A stretch of 64,000 nucleotides of DNA from an uncultured delta proteobacterium. GTDB lineage: Bacteria; Myxococcota_A; Polyangia; Fen-1088. Below the pieces are notes generated by a model. The model worked only from the letters and a program-made list of their open reading frames with translations, was not told the origin of the DNA and ran no database searches. Of this stretch, positions 19,271 to 32,556 are shown piece after piece; the first letter of the stretch is position 1, and each line of letters starts with the position of its first letter. The stretch is taken from the NCBI GenBank assembly GCA_963755125.1, contig CAVWIP010000008.1:96001-160000 (forward strand), in the 5' to 3' direction. The position numbers and the translations under genes are program-made.

Positions 19271-20434
19271 ATGATCGTCTACCTCGACAACGCTGCTTCC
19301 ACTGCGCCGCTGCCCGAAGTCCTGATGGCAGTGACCCGCGCGATGACGGAACTGTACGCCAACCCGTCCTCGGCGCACGGTCTGGGCGCGGCGGCGGCGC
19401 GCGCGCGGGAACAGGCGCGTGGCGAGGTGGCGACGCTGCTGCGTGCCCAGCCCTCGGAGATCGTGTTCACCAGCGGCGGAAGCGAGGCCAATGCCCTGGG
19501 CCTGCTGGGCGCGGCGGCCCTGGCGCGGGAGCGTCACATGGTGGTCAGCGCCATCGAGCACCCGGCGGTCCTGCGTTCCGCCGAAGGCCTGGTCAGCAAG
19601 GGCTGGCAGCTCAGCAAGGTCGCACCTGCGCCCGACGGTCGCGTGACCGTGGAGTCAGTGCTGGCCCGCCTGCGGCCCGACACCGCGGTGCTGGCCGTGA
19701 TGCTGGCCAACAACGAGATCGGCACCTTGCAGCCAGTGGCCGAGATCGGCCGCGCCCTGCGTGCTGCGGGCCGCAAGCTGCACTTTCACGTCGATGCCGT
19801 GCAATTTGCCGGCCTCGTTCCCATCGACGTCACCACACTGGGCGCTGATTCGCTTGCCATTTCGGGGCACAAGCTGCACGGACCCAAGGGCACGGGCGCC
19901 CTCTGGCTGCGCAAGGGCGCGCGCGTGGCGCCCTTGTGGGACGGCGGCCGGCAGGAGAACGGCCTGCGCTCGGGAACCGAAAACCTGCCGGGCTGGGTCG
20001 GTCTCGGGTGTGCAGCGACCCTGTGCCAGCAAGACCCGCGAGCCGGTGACGAGGTGGCCGTCCTGCGCGACCGCCTGGAATCACTGGTTGTGCAAGCGAT
20101 TCCCCGGTCCAGGACCACGGTGCCCGCGGCTACCCCGCGCGCGCCGCACATTGCCAGCCTCTTGTTGCCGGGCCTGCCAGCCGAACCACTGCTGCACGCC
20201 CTGGAAGCGCGAGGCGTGTACGCCTCGGCCGGCGCGGCTTGCTCCACCCGCACGCGCGGGCCCAGCCACGTGCTGGCAGCCATCGGGGTCCGCGTGCAGG
20301 ACGCGGTTCTGCGCTTCTCGCTGTCGCGCCTGACCACGGAAGCCGATGTGGAAGCTGCGGCACGTGCCCTGCGCGAGGCAGTGGACGAGATCGCATCCGT
20401 GGTAGAGGTTCGGCGTCGAGACACGAAACCATGA
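19271..20434 (+). CDS. iscS: Cysteine desulfurase (IscS/NifS family)
   Basis: YLDNAAST, FTSGGSEAN, NNEIGT, SGHKLHGPKG, SAGAAC. Confidence 0.93.
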   Translation: MIVYLDNAASTAPLPEVLMAVTRAMTELYANPSSAHGLGAAAARAREQARGEVATLLRAQPSEIVFTSGGSEANALGLLGAAALARERHMVVSAIEHPAVLRSAEGLVSKGWQLSKVAPAPDGRVTVESVLARLRPDTAVLAVMLANNEIGTLQPVAEIGRALRAAGRKLHFHVDAVQFAGLVPIDVTTLGADSLAISGHKLHGPKGTGALWLRKGARVAPLWDGGRQENGLRSGTENLPGWVGLGCAATLCQQDPRAGDEVAVLRDRLESLVVQAIPRSRTTVPAATPRAPHIASLLLPGLPAEPLLHALEARGVYASAGAACSTRTRGPSHVLAAIGVRVQDAVLRFSLSRLTTEADVEAAARALREAVDEIASVVEVRRRDTKP

Positions 20435-21597
20435 CCACGATCCTCTGCCGCTACGGCGAGCTGTTCCTCAAGGGCGGCAACCGCCACATCTTTCTCCGGG
20501 CGCTGGCCAACAACGTGCGGGCGGCAGTTCGCGACTTGCCCGAGGTCAAGGTTTCTGCTCCCCATGGTCGCGTGGTCGTCTACGTGGCCGACCAGGCGCG
20601 CGCCGAGGCCTGCAGCCGTCTGGAGCGCGTGTTCGGCCTGGTGTCGATTTCTCCCGTCGCCAGCGTGGCGGCCGACATCGACGCGATCTGTGCCGCGGCC
20701 GTGGTCGAGGCGCAAGCCGCGGTCGAGCGCAACCCGGATTTACGCCGCAGCTTCAAGATCGAACCGCACCGATCCAACAAGCAGTTTCCCCTGCAGTCGC
20801 ACGAGATCGCCTGCCGCGCCGGCGACGCCGTGTCGGCAGCCACCGGAATTCCTGTCGACGTGCACGACCCGGCTCTGCGCGTGGGCATCGAGATCTCGAC
20901 CCAGGCCACGCATGTCTTTGCTGAGCGCAGGCCGGCGCCTGGCGGTTTGCCGGCGGGAGTCTCGGGACGCGCCGTGCTCCTACTTTCGGGCGGCATCGAT
21001 TCTCCGGTGGCCGGATGGCTGGCGGCCAAGCGCGGCCTGGCGCAGGAGGCGCTCACCTTCCATTCGCCGCCGTTCACCGGTGACAAGGCGAAGGACAAAG
21101 TCGTCGCCCTGGCCCGCCAACTAAGCCGCTGGCAAGCCGTCTCGACCCTGTGGGTTGCGGGCTTCACCGAGGCGCAGAAACGTCTGCGCGCCGCGGGCCG
21201 TCCTGAACTGGCGGTGGTGCTATACCGGCGCATGATGGTCCGGGTAGCCGATCTTCTATGCGAGCGCGCGGGCTGCCACGCCATCGTCACCGGAGAAAAT
21301 TTGGGACAGGTCGCCAGTCAGACCTTGACCAACATGCGCAACATCGAGGTCGTGGCCCAACACCTCATCCTGCGGCCGCTTCTCACCTACGACAAAGTGG
21401 AAACCACGGCGCTGGCGCGGCGGATCGGAACCTACGACATCTCCGCCCTGCCCTTTGAAGACTGCTGCTCGCTCTTCGTGCCCGCCCACCCGGCGACTGC
21501 GGCCAGGCTTTCCGACGTCGAACGCGCAGAGGCGACGCTGGAGGTGGCCAAGGAAGCGGCCGACATCGCGGAGCAGGCCGAGCGCATCGTGCTGTGA
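20431..21597 (+). CDS. thiI: tRNA 4-thiouridine synthase ThiI (no rhodanese domain)
   Basis: RYGELFLKGGNR, THUMP domain, LLSGGIDSPVA, GENLGQVASQT, EDCC; ATGA overlap with iscS. Confidence 0.95.
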   Translation: MTTILCRYGELFLKGGNRHIFLRALANNVRAAVRDLPEVKVSAPHGRVVVYVADQARAEACSRLERVFGLVSISPVASVAADIDAICAAAVVEAQAAVERNPDLRRSFKIEPHRSNKQFPLQSHEIACRAGDAVSAATGIPVDVHDPALRVGIEISTQATHVFAERRPAPGGLPAGVSGRAVLLLSGGIDSPVAGWLAAKRGLAQEALTFHSPPFTGDKAKDKVVALARQLSRWQAVSTLWVAGFTEAQKRLRAAGRPELAVVLYRRMMVRVADLLCERAGCHAIVTGENLGQVASQTLTNMRNIEVVAQHLILRPLLTYDKVETTALARRIGTYDISALPFEDCCSLFVPAHPATAARLSDVERAEATLEVAKEAADIAEQAERIVL

Positions 21598-21661
21598 GTA
21601 GCGCTACGGGCAAGCAGTGACGGTGGGCGGGACGGCCGATCGCGCGCTATAGTTGGACTCG

Positions 21662-22489
21662 ATGGCCCTGTCACAGAAGCTCCAGACCCTGCGCGACCTG
21701 ATCGCCGCCCATGAATCGGCTCTGGTCTGCTTCTCGGGTGGGGTGGATTCGACGCTACTTCTGCGCGTGGCTCATGACGTGCTCGGGGACCGCTGCACGG
21801 CGCTCATCGCGCTTTCGCCCACCATGGCCCACAGCGAGCAGCGGGCCGCGCTCGATCTGGCGCGCGGCATGGGCGTGCGCTGCGAAACGGTCGAGTCGCA
21901 CGAGCTTCTGCGTCCCGAATTCCAGTCCAATCCCGAGGATCGCTGCTACTACTGCAAGTCGGAATTGCTCACCATCGCGGCCCCGGTGGCCCAGCGTCTC
22001 GGTTGCAAGTCCATCCTGCTCGGCACCAACGTCGACGATCTGGGCGACTACCGACCCGGGCTACAGGCCGCCAAGGATCACGGCGCCTGTCACCCGCTGC
22101 TCGACGCCGGGCTGAACAAGCAAGAGATCCGCGAGCTGTCGAAGGAGCTGGGGCTCGCCACCTGGGACAAGCCGCAGCTCGCCTGCCTGTCGTCGCGTTT
22201 TCCCTACGGCACCACCATCACCACCGAGCGCCTGCAGCAGGTGGACGCCTTCGAGGAAGGGTTGCGCGCACTGGGCTTCCGGCAACTGCGGGTGCGCTTC
22301 CACAACGAGGTCGCGCGCGTGGAGGTCGAGCCGGACGCCATGGCGCGCGCACTGGAGTTGCGCGAGACCATCGTGAAGCTGGGCCGCAAGCTCGGGTTCA
22401 CCTTCGTGTCGTTGGACCTGGCCGGGTTCGCCTCGGGTTCGCTCAATCAGCTCATCGGCATCCGCCCGCGCGCCAGCGCCGCGAAGTAG
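21662..22489 (+). CDS. larE: ATP-dependent sulfur transferase LarE (nickel-pincer cofactor synthesis)
   Basis: FSGGVDS PP-loop, DRCYYCK, GTNVDDLGDYRPG, ACLSSRFPYG, QLRVRFH, SGSLN. Confidence 0.93.
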   Translation: MALSQKLQTLRDLIAAHESALVCFSGGVDSTLLLRVAHDVLGDRCTALIALSPTMAHSEQRAALDLARGMGVRCETVESHELLRPEFQSNPEDRCYYCKSELLTIAAPVAQRLGCKSILLGTNVDDLGDYRPGLQAAKDHGACHPLLDAGLNKQEIRELSKELGLATWDKPQLACLSSRFPYGTTITTERLQQVDAFEEGLRALGFRQLRVRFHNEVARVEVEPDAMARALELRETIVKLGRKLGFTFVSLDLAGFASGSLNQLIGIRPRASAAK

Positions 22490-22502
22490 TATCGCTACGC
22501 CA

Positions 22503-22863
22503 TCAACCAGGCCAGCGCCGTCGGGGAGTCGATGATCCGAACCGGCGAGTCGACAAAGCCTTCGGGATCATCTTGGGGAAATCCAGCGCCTTGTCGTACT
22601 TGGGCATGAACGCCTTGAGCGCATGTTGAGCTTCGTGGCGATGGATCCGCTCGTTCTGGTCTTGGAAGTGAAGGAGCGCCCACAGCTCAATGCACGGGTT
22701 GGACAAGGCCACCTGCACACGCGATTTCTTGGCCAGCTCCAGTGCCTCGGTACTCCGGCTCGGTGACCTTCCCTTCGCACACCACAAGAATGCGGTGCTT
22801 GGGATCGCGTTTGGCCAGCTTGCGACCAATGTCCCGAATCCGGTCCCGAAATCGCCGCTCCAT
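22503..22863 (-). pseudogene. RloB-like protein, internally deleted and frameshifted
   Basis: ATG 22863 reads MERRFRDRIRDIGRKLAKRDPKHRILVVCEGKVTEPEY; another frame then continues EALELAKKSRVQVALSNPCIELWALLHF. Confidence 0.8.
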
Positions 22864-23529
22864 CTACGTGGGGTCGCTTTCGTTCTTCCTGGCTAGGTCC
22901 AGCGATCCGATGAACGGGATGGCGCCATAGCGGCCCTGCAAATACCCCCGTTGCAGGTTTTCCGTGGGTCGCGGTTTGAAGTCCGTGAGCGGGTACAGAT
23001 GGGTTGCGCCGTCGCGATCCTTCTCGGTCAGCCAGACCTGATCGCGGCGCAACGGCGGAGGATCGCTCAGCAGGTTGCCAAGCAGGGTCGATTCATGCGT
23101 GTTGAATAGGAGCTGCGCGCCTCGGGGATTATTGGCGTGGTCCTGGAAGAGCTGAACGATCGCCAGGGCCAGGGTGGGGTGCAACGAATTCAGCTCGTCG
23201 ACGGCCAGCAAGCCCCCTTCTTCGAGAATGTGCAGCAGGTGGGGCAAGATACTCACCAGCACCTGTGTGCCGGCCGATTCTTGTTCCAGCTTAAACCAGA
23301 CACGGCCGAGGTCCGATTTGCTCTCATGCGCGAAGGTGAGCCTCGGACGCCGAAGGTTGACGTCACCTTGGTGCCCTCGACTGCCGGGCGACCGATCCTG
23401 TTCCACCATGAAGTCCTCGATGCCCAGATCGGACGACGTGAGCAGGGAACCCACGTGGCTCCGACGGCGATCAAGGTCGTCCGAGAAGAGGGCTCGTATC
23501 CTTCTCGCTGAACCGCGCCCACCATCCAT
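22864..23529 (-). pseudogene. RloA/AAA_21-type ABC ATPase, C-terminal half only
   Basis: ESAGT signature, LAVDELNSLHP, QLLFNTHE, LRRDQVWLTEKD, GYLQGRYGAIP; no Walker A. Confidence 0.82.
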
Positions 23530-23551
23530 AGGAGTTTCTGCGACGCACAGG

Positions 23552-24724
23552 CTAGGTCTTGGAAATCAGTCGCGCCGTGATGACGCCTTCAATCTTGCGC
23601 AGCTTCTCCACCTGCGCCTCGGCTACGTCGCCGTCGATGTCGATGATGTTGTAGGCCAGCTCGCCCGCGCTCTTGTTCATCATGTCGGCGATGTTGATCT
23701 TGTCGGCGGCCAGCACTGTCGTGATCTGACCCACCATGTTGGGCACGTTGGCGTTGGCGACCACGATGCGATGGCGCCCCATGACCGGCAGCGCGCAGGT
23801 GGGGAAGTTGACCGAGTTTTTGACGTTGCCGTTTTCCAGGAAGTCGCGCACCTGCTCCACCGCCATGATCGCGCAGTTGTCCTCGGCCTCGGGCGTGGAC
23901 GCGCCCAGGTGGGGAATCGCGATGACGTTGGGCACAGCCAGCAGATCGTCGTCGGGGAAATCGGTCACGTAGCAGCCGACCGTGCCGGCCTTCAGCGCTT
24001 CGAGCAGGTCGGCATTCTTGACCAGCCCGCCGCGCGCCAGGTTGACGATGCGCACGCCCTTCTTCATCAAGGCGAACTTGTCGCGGTTGAGCATGCCCTT
24101 GGTCTGGTCCATGAGCGGCACATGCAGCGTGATGTAGTCCGACTGGGCCAGCAGCATGTCCAGGCTAGTGGCACGGCGAACCGTGCGCGCCAAACCCCAG
24201 GCCGCCTCGACCGAGATGTACGGATCGTAGCCAGCCACTTCCATGCCCAATGCCAACGCGTCGTTGGCCACCATCACGCCGATGGCACCCAGCCCGACCA
24301 CGCCCAGTTTCTTGCCCTTGATCTCGGGGCCCACGAAGTCGTTTTTGCCCTTCTCCACCAGCGGCCCCACCTCCTTGCCCTTGCCCTTGAGGGTCTTGAC
24401 CCACTCGATGCCCGCCACGATCCGGCGCGACGAGAGCAGCAGTCCGGCCAGCACCAGTTCCTTGACCCCGTTGGCGTTGGCCCCCGGGGTGTTGAACACC
24501 ACGACGCCGCGCTTGGAACATTGCTCGACCGGGATGTTGTTCACGCCGGCGCCGGCGCGCCCGATGGCCTTCACCGAGGCGGGCAACTGCATGCCGTGCA
24601 TGTCTGCGCTGCGCACCAGGATGGCGTCGGGACCTACGATCTCCGATGCGATCTCGTAGTGCTCGCACGGAAAACCCTCGAGGCCAATCATGGCAATCTT
24701 GTTCAGGGTCTGGATCTTGAACAT
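23552..24724 (-). CDS. serA: D-3-phosphoglycerate dehydrogenase with ACT domain
   Basis: RAGAGVNNIP, NTPGANAN, GLGAIG, PHLGAST, C-terminal ACT domain. Confidence 0.93.
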   Translation of the reverse strand: MFKIQTLNKIAMIGLEGFPCEHYEIASEIVGPDAILVRSADMHGMQLPASVKAIGRAGAGVNNIPVEQCSKRGVVVFNTPGANANGVKELVLAGLLLSSRRIVAGIEWVKTLKGKGKEVGPLVEKGKNDFVGPEIKGKKLGVVGLGAIGVMVANDALALGMEVAGYDPYISVEAAWGLARTVRRATSLDMLLAQSDYITLHVPLMDQTKGMLNRDKFALMKKGVRIVNLARGGLVKNADLLEALKAGTVGCYVTDFPDDDLLAVPNVIAIPHLGASTPEAEDNCAIMAVEQVRDFLENGNVKNSVNFPTCALPVMGRHRIVVANANVPNMVGQITTVLAADKINIADMMNKSAGELAYNIIDIDGDVAEAQVEKLRKIEGVITARLISKT

Positions 24725-24879
24725 GGCAGCTCTCCCTCTGGGCGGTTCGCCCGCCAATCCGAAACATCCTGTCTGATAAAGCCGAATGCGTCTAGCCCCC
24801 AAGACGCCAGTTGCCGCGGATGGCTACGGGCGCCTTCATTCCTGGCCACGCGCAGTCACTCCCGCTACCATTGTTGAAT

Positions 24880-25650
24880 ATGGTTCCTTGGCTGGGGCTC
24901 TTCGTGGGCACGCTGCTCCCCGTGGCGCCAGCGACGGCTCCCGTGGCGCCACCGGAGCCTGCTGTCGAGGCGTTTCCCGCCGAGGCCCTGGTCCCGGTCA
25001 ACGACGAGCGGGCCGAGCACCTGCCGTCGCCCCTGCGCGAACGGAGCAAGAAGGAACTCTGGCTGGCTGACAAGGCCCATCGCCCCGACGTACACGTCAC
25101 CGACGAACAGCTTCGCCCACCGCGCACCTGCCGCACCGGCAAGAGACCGCCCGCGCGCCAGCCCTGTGCGCAGGCCGCCGAGATGCTGGCCGGCCCCATG
25201 CCGCCCATCGGCACCCGCGTGCAGCCACTGGCCACGCTGCACAACCAGTGGACACGCGAGCTGATGAGCTTCATTCCGGGCCAGCCGTACCTAGAACGGT
25301 TCCGCATCTTCCTGCGCGACCACTTCACCAACCAGGCGACCAACGTAGACCCGGAGCTCGCCGACGTGCTGGTCTCGGCCGCCCTGCACTTCCACGCCCA
25401 GCGCATCGACGTGGTGTCGGGTTATCGCTCGCCCAAGTACAACCTCATGTTGCGCAAGAAGGGCCATCAGGTGGCGCGCGAGAGCCAGCACACCCAGGGC
25501 AACGCGGTCGATTTCCGCATCCGCGGGGTACCCACCGAAAAACTCCTCGGCTTCGTGCGCTCGCTGCGCCTGGGCGGGGTCGGCTTCTACCCGCACGCGC
25601 ACTTCGTCCACAGCGATACCGGCCCGATTCGCTATTGGCAAGGATCGTAG
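24880..25650 (+). CDS. YcbK/MepK-like peptidase M15 (DUF882)
   Basis: VSGYRSPKYN, SQHTQGNAVD, GVGFYP..FVHSDTGPIRYW. Confidence 0.9.
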   Translation: MVPWLGLFVGTLLPVAPATAPVAPPEPAVEAFPAEALVPVNDERAEHLPSPLRERSKKELWLADKAHRPDVHVTDEQLRPPRTCRTGKRPPARQPCAQAAEMLAGPMPPIGTRVQPLATLHNQWTRELMSFIPGQPYLERFRIFLRDHFTNQATNVDPELADVLVSAALHFHAQRIDVVSGYRSPKYNLMLRKKGHQVARESQHTQGNAVDFRIRGVPTEKLLGFVRSLRLGGVGFYPHAHFVHSDTGPIRYWQGS

Positions 25651-25784
25651 GCCGCGTCCCGGTGATCTCCAGCAAGCACCGCGCGGCACGGATCGACAGA
25701 GACGCGCAAGAAACGAAGTGAAGAACGTACAAGACGGTGTGCCCGCTTTCCGACCTGCCTCCCCGCTCTGCCGTCTACGGTCGT

Positions 25785-26030
25785 TTACGGAATTCGTCCG
25801 GTCTGTATGATTCTGTGCAAGGCGGCCACCGGGAGATGTGGCTGGCGCCTCTCTTCCTCGAAGATGATCTGGGCGAGAGTCGGTGCGGTCACGTCACCGC
25901 CTGTCGCCTTGTCGACGACCCGGATTTCCTCGCCCTGGCGCAAGAGCGCCGCGAGCACCGCGAGCGTCACGTAGTGGCTTTCTGTGGTGTCATAGAGCTT
26001 GCGGTTCGAATAGTGCTTGATGGTTCGCAT
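25785..26030 (-). CDS. PhaR-like (PHA-regulator) DNA-binding domain protein
   Basis: IKHYSNRKLYDTTESHYVTL, IRVVDKATGGDVT..TLAQII. Confidence 0.88.
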   Translation of the reverse strand: MRTIKHYSNRKLYDTTESHYVTLAVLAALLRQGEEIRVVDKATGGDVTAPTLAQIIFEEERRQPHLPVAALHRIIQTGRIP

Positions 26031-26119
26031 GGTGCGGCTTCGGATGATCTCATGGCGCGAAAATGGGCGCAAAAAACCAGCCGGCAATCTTCGAACCAGT
26101 GGCGGCCAGGCCGCCCCGA

Positions 26120-26770
26120 TCAGGAGCCCGACCGGCGCAGAACTTTGGACAGCGACTCGCTGTCCCACGGCTCGAACAGCACGGCCTCGACTGCGCCGCT
26201 GGCAATTGCACGTTCCAACTGTGTAGGTTGTGAATCGCCGGGCAGAACGACGCGACGGATGTGCGGGTAAGAGTCCTTCAGGAAATTGAGAAATCCCAAA
26301 GAATCCGTGCGGCCGAGGTCACATCCCACGACAACGGCGGCGATGCCGTGCGCATCGCCAGACAGCAGGGAAATCGCATCGAGCGGCGTCGCCACCGAAA
26401 CCAGTTCCTGCCCGAGTGAACGCACATCAGTCGCAAAAGCAGAAAGCACGTATGCCGGGAAGTCCAACACAAGAACACGCGTCCGCTTCTTTCCCATGCC
26501 ACTTTCAAGCGCGACGACCGCAAGATTCTGCAGGGCATCTTCGACGTCAGGAGCGAGATTGCCGAATGCCACGGCGAAACTCTGTTCCCCGGATGGCAGC
26601 TGTTTCCGCCTGACCACCTCGGCCTCGATACTTTGCGAGAACTGTCTGCCCACCCGAAGTAGGATCTGCACCACTTGGCCGATCGCCAGGTTGTTGTCGC
26701 CGAGCATATCTGCGCCCCCCGCCGACAGGTTTCGCACCACGTACGCGCCTACGTACCGTCCATCCACCAC
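26120..26770 (-). CDS. PilZ domain plus degenerate receiver domain; true start unclear (frame stays open upstream)
   Basis: NLSAGG; in-frame upstream DRRSFPR; REC-like C-terminal half. Confidence 0.7.
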   Translation of the reverse strand: MVDGRYVGAYVVRNLSAGGADMLGDNNLAIGQVVQILLRVGRQFSQSIEAEVVRRKQLPSGEQSFAVAFGNLAPDVEDALQNLAVVALESGMGKKRTRVLVLDFPAYVLSAFATDVRSLGQELVSVATPLDAISLLSGDAHGIAAVVVGCDLGRTDSLGFLNFLKDSYPHIRRVVLPGDSQPTQLERAIASGAVEAVLFEPWDSESLSKVLRRSGS

Positions 26771-26840
26771 GGCGATGGCGGTGGCGGCAACCCGGGCGCG
26801 CGGGAAGGAACGCCTATCCGGCTCCTGGCCGCTGTCACGA

Positions 26841-30428
<3,588 letters not shown>

Positions 30429-30509
30429 TGTTCTCGTCCCGGTCTACTCGCCTTGGCCGGCAAGATCAACGACGCGAGCTGTGCTAGTTTTGATTTTCGG
30501 TCGCGGCCG

Positions 30510-32354
30510 ATGGATTCCTTCGCACACCTTCTTTGTCGCGGGCGCTGGGCGCTGTTTATCGCCCTGGCCGCGGCGTGCGGCAACCGCGTGCTTCCGCCCC
30601 TGCCGGACGCGGCGCCCTTGGGACCGGTTTCCATCGAGGCGAGTTCAGACACACTGGCCATCCCGCCGTTCGGGAGCCGGCAGCTTGTGTTCCACTTGCG
30701 CGGAGCACAGGGGGAGCCAGTGCCGAACGTGGTCATGTATTTTTCGATCCTGGACGATTCGAGCACGAACGGCGACGGGGGAGCACAGCTCTCGCTTTCC
30801 AGCGCCATCACCGACAGCGACGGCGCGGTCACGTTGCAGGTCATTGCCGGCCAAGGGGCGAGCGAGCAGACGCCGCTGTTCACCGTGCAAGCCTCGGCCG
30901 GCGACGCGCTTCTGGACATTCCGATCTTCATTACAACCGGTGCGCTGGCCACCGTTGAGATCATGCCTGTCTTCCCTGACCCGTCGTCCATCAACAACCC
31001 CGTCACCGCGACCAACATCTACTTCTACGACGGCACCGCGTGCGCAAACGTGTCGCTCGAACATCCTCCACCTCCCGTGCGACAGGTACAAACGCTGTCT
31101 GTCACCGACCCTCCGGCGACTTTCACCAGCGTGGTCACCAACGGCGTCCACGCCGTGCTTGGCCGGGCTGCCGACGCCCAGAACAACGTGGTGGCCGAGG
31201 GATGCACAGACGTGTTGGGCGCCAGCCTGTCCGCCGAACAGCCCATGCTGATCCTGCTGCCGCTGCCACGGCTCTACCCTTCGCCCGAAGGCACCTTCCA
31301 GGCCGTTTCCGGGTTCACCTTCACGACGCCACTTCCCGGAACCGCGTCGGCCCAGACCACATGGATGGCCCTGTCCAACGACGGCTGCGATCCGGCTAGC
31401 CTGTGGCTCGACTGCACCATCGACGCGCTCAGTACCCCCACCGCAGACAATCCACTCGACTGCCAGCCAGTCGCCGGTGCCGGAGGTCCGCTGGGAGACC
31501 TGTTGGCTGCCCGCAGGGCGGTGACCGGCGGATCCTCGTCCTGTGCGAATCAGCTCGATGCGGCTGGGAACCCCAGCCTGGACTCGGAGGTCTATGCGCT
31601 GTTCCCCGCTGGCTCCCTTGATGGTTTGCACCTGGACACGCTGCCGGATGAACTTGGCAGCGCGCTGACCAGTCTCACGGTGCATTCCACACTCACCGTG
31701 ACCCCTGTCGCTGCCGCCAACGCCTTCAACATCGACCATGTCTTGACCGGCATCGATCTCCCGAATGCCGCCGTCCATTCGTTGATGACCATGACGGATC
31801 TGGCTGCCCCGTCCCCCGAGGCCGCGTTCGTATCCGGCGTGTCGCGGGCTGGTCAACTCGTAATCAGCTCGCACGGATTCACCCTGGGCCTGGGAGCGGC
31901 CGCCCGTTTCGCCTTCGCCGCGTCCAGCCTGGCGCCACGCTTGGGTGTCGCGGATGTGAGCGCCTTTTTGCAGTCTCTGCTGAACCTGGCCACCAGTAGC
32001 AACGGCGGGACCGTCGTCCAGGGGTGTGATGCTCTCGATTCGCTGCTCTGTGCGGATGTGGGGCAAGCGCCCGGTTGCGTGCGCGCGGCCTGCCTGCTGG
32101 GTATCGATGCGCTCATCCAGCAACTGGATGCAAGCTTCACTGCGCTGGAGGGACAGGGCCTCGACTTCTTCCTGTCCGGCTCGGCCCCGATTGTCGATCA
32201 GAATGGCGACGGACAGGCGGAGGCACTGGGCAGCTCGTCGTCGTCCACCCCGGTAGGACCGGGGCTGTGGTCGGCCACCTTCAAGAGCAGCACCGGATCC
32301 ACCAATGTCTACGGCTCGTGGACGGCGGCGCGAGTGTCCGCCCCGAGTCAATGA
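30510..32354 (+). CDS. Large Cys-rich lipoprotein with Ig-like N-terminal region
   Basis: Lipobox LAAAC; AITDSDGAVTLQV; many paired Cys. This is the real 3' part of the 27909..32354 ORF. Confidence 0.7.
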   Translation: MDSFAHLLCRGRWALFIALAAACGNRVLPPLPDAAPLGPVSIEASSDTLAIPPFGSRQLVFHLRGAQGEPVPNVVMYFSILDDSSTNGDGGAQLSLSSAITDSDGAVTLQVIAGQGASEQTPLFTVQASAGDALLDIPIFITTGALATVEIMPVFPDPSSINNPVTATNIYFYDGTACANVSLEHPPPPVRQVQTLSVTDPPATFTSVVTNGVHAVLGRAADAQNNVVAEGCTDVLGASLSAEQPMLILLPLPRLYPSPEGTFQAVSGFTFTTPLPGTASAQTTWMALSNDGCDPASLWLDCTIDALSTPTADNPLDCQPVAGAGGPLGDLLAARRAVTGGSSSCANQLDAAGNPSLDSEVYALFPAGSLDGLHLDTLPDELGSALTSLTVHSTLTVTPVAAANAFNIDHVLTGIDLPNAAVHSLMTMTDLAAPSPEAAFVSGVSRAGQLVISSHGFTLGLGAAARFAFAASSLAPRLGVADVSAFLQSLLNLATSSNGGTVVQGCDALDSLLCADVGQAPGCVRAACLLGIDALIQQLDASFTALEGQGLDFFLSGSAPIVDQNGDGQAEALGSSSSSTPVGPGLWSATFKSSTGSTNVYGSWTAARVSAPSQ

Positions 32355-32556
32355 CTGGCAGCTGTCGACGCAGAATGATGCAATTCAGCAGCAATCTGTG
32401 ACCCGAGCCGCGCGCCAAGATCGACCCAAATCGCAGGATTCGGGTCTGCGCCGGATTCAGGTATAATGGCGCCCGGTGCCCCGCGCACCCTTTCCGCGAG
32501 AACCACCGGGTCTTGCGGGAGGTCGGCCCAACCCATACTGAGCTTTGGTAAGAGCT

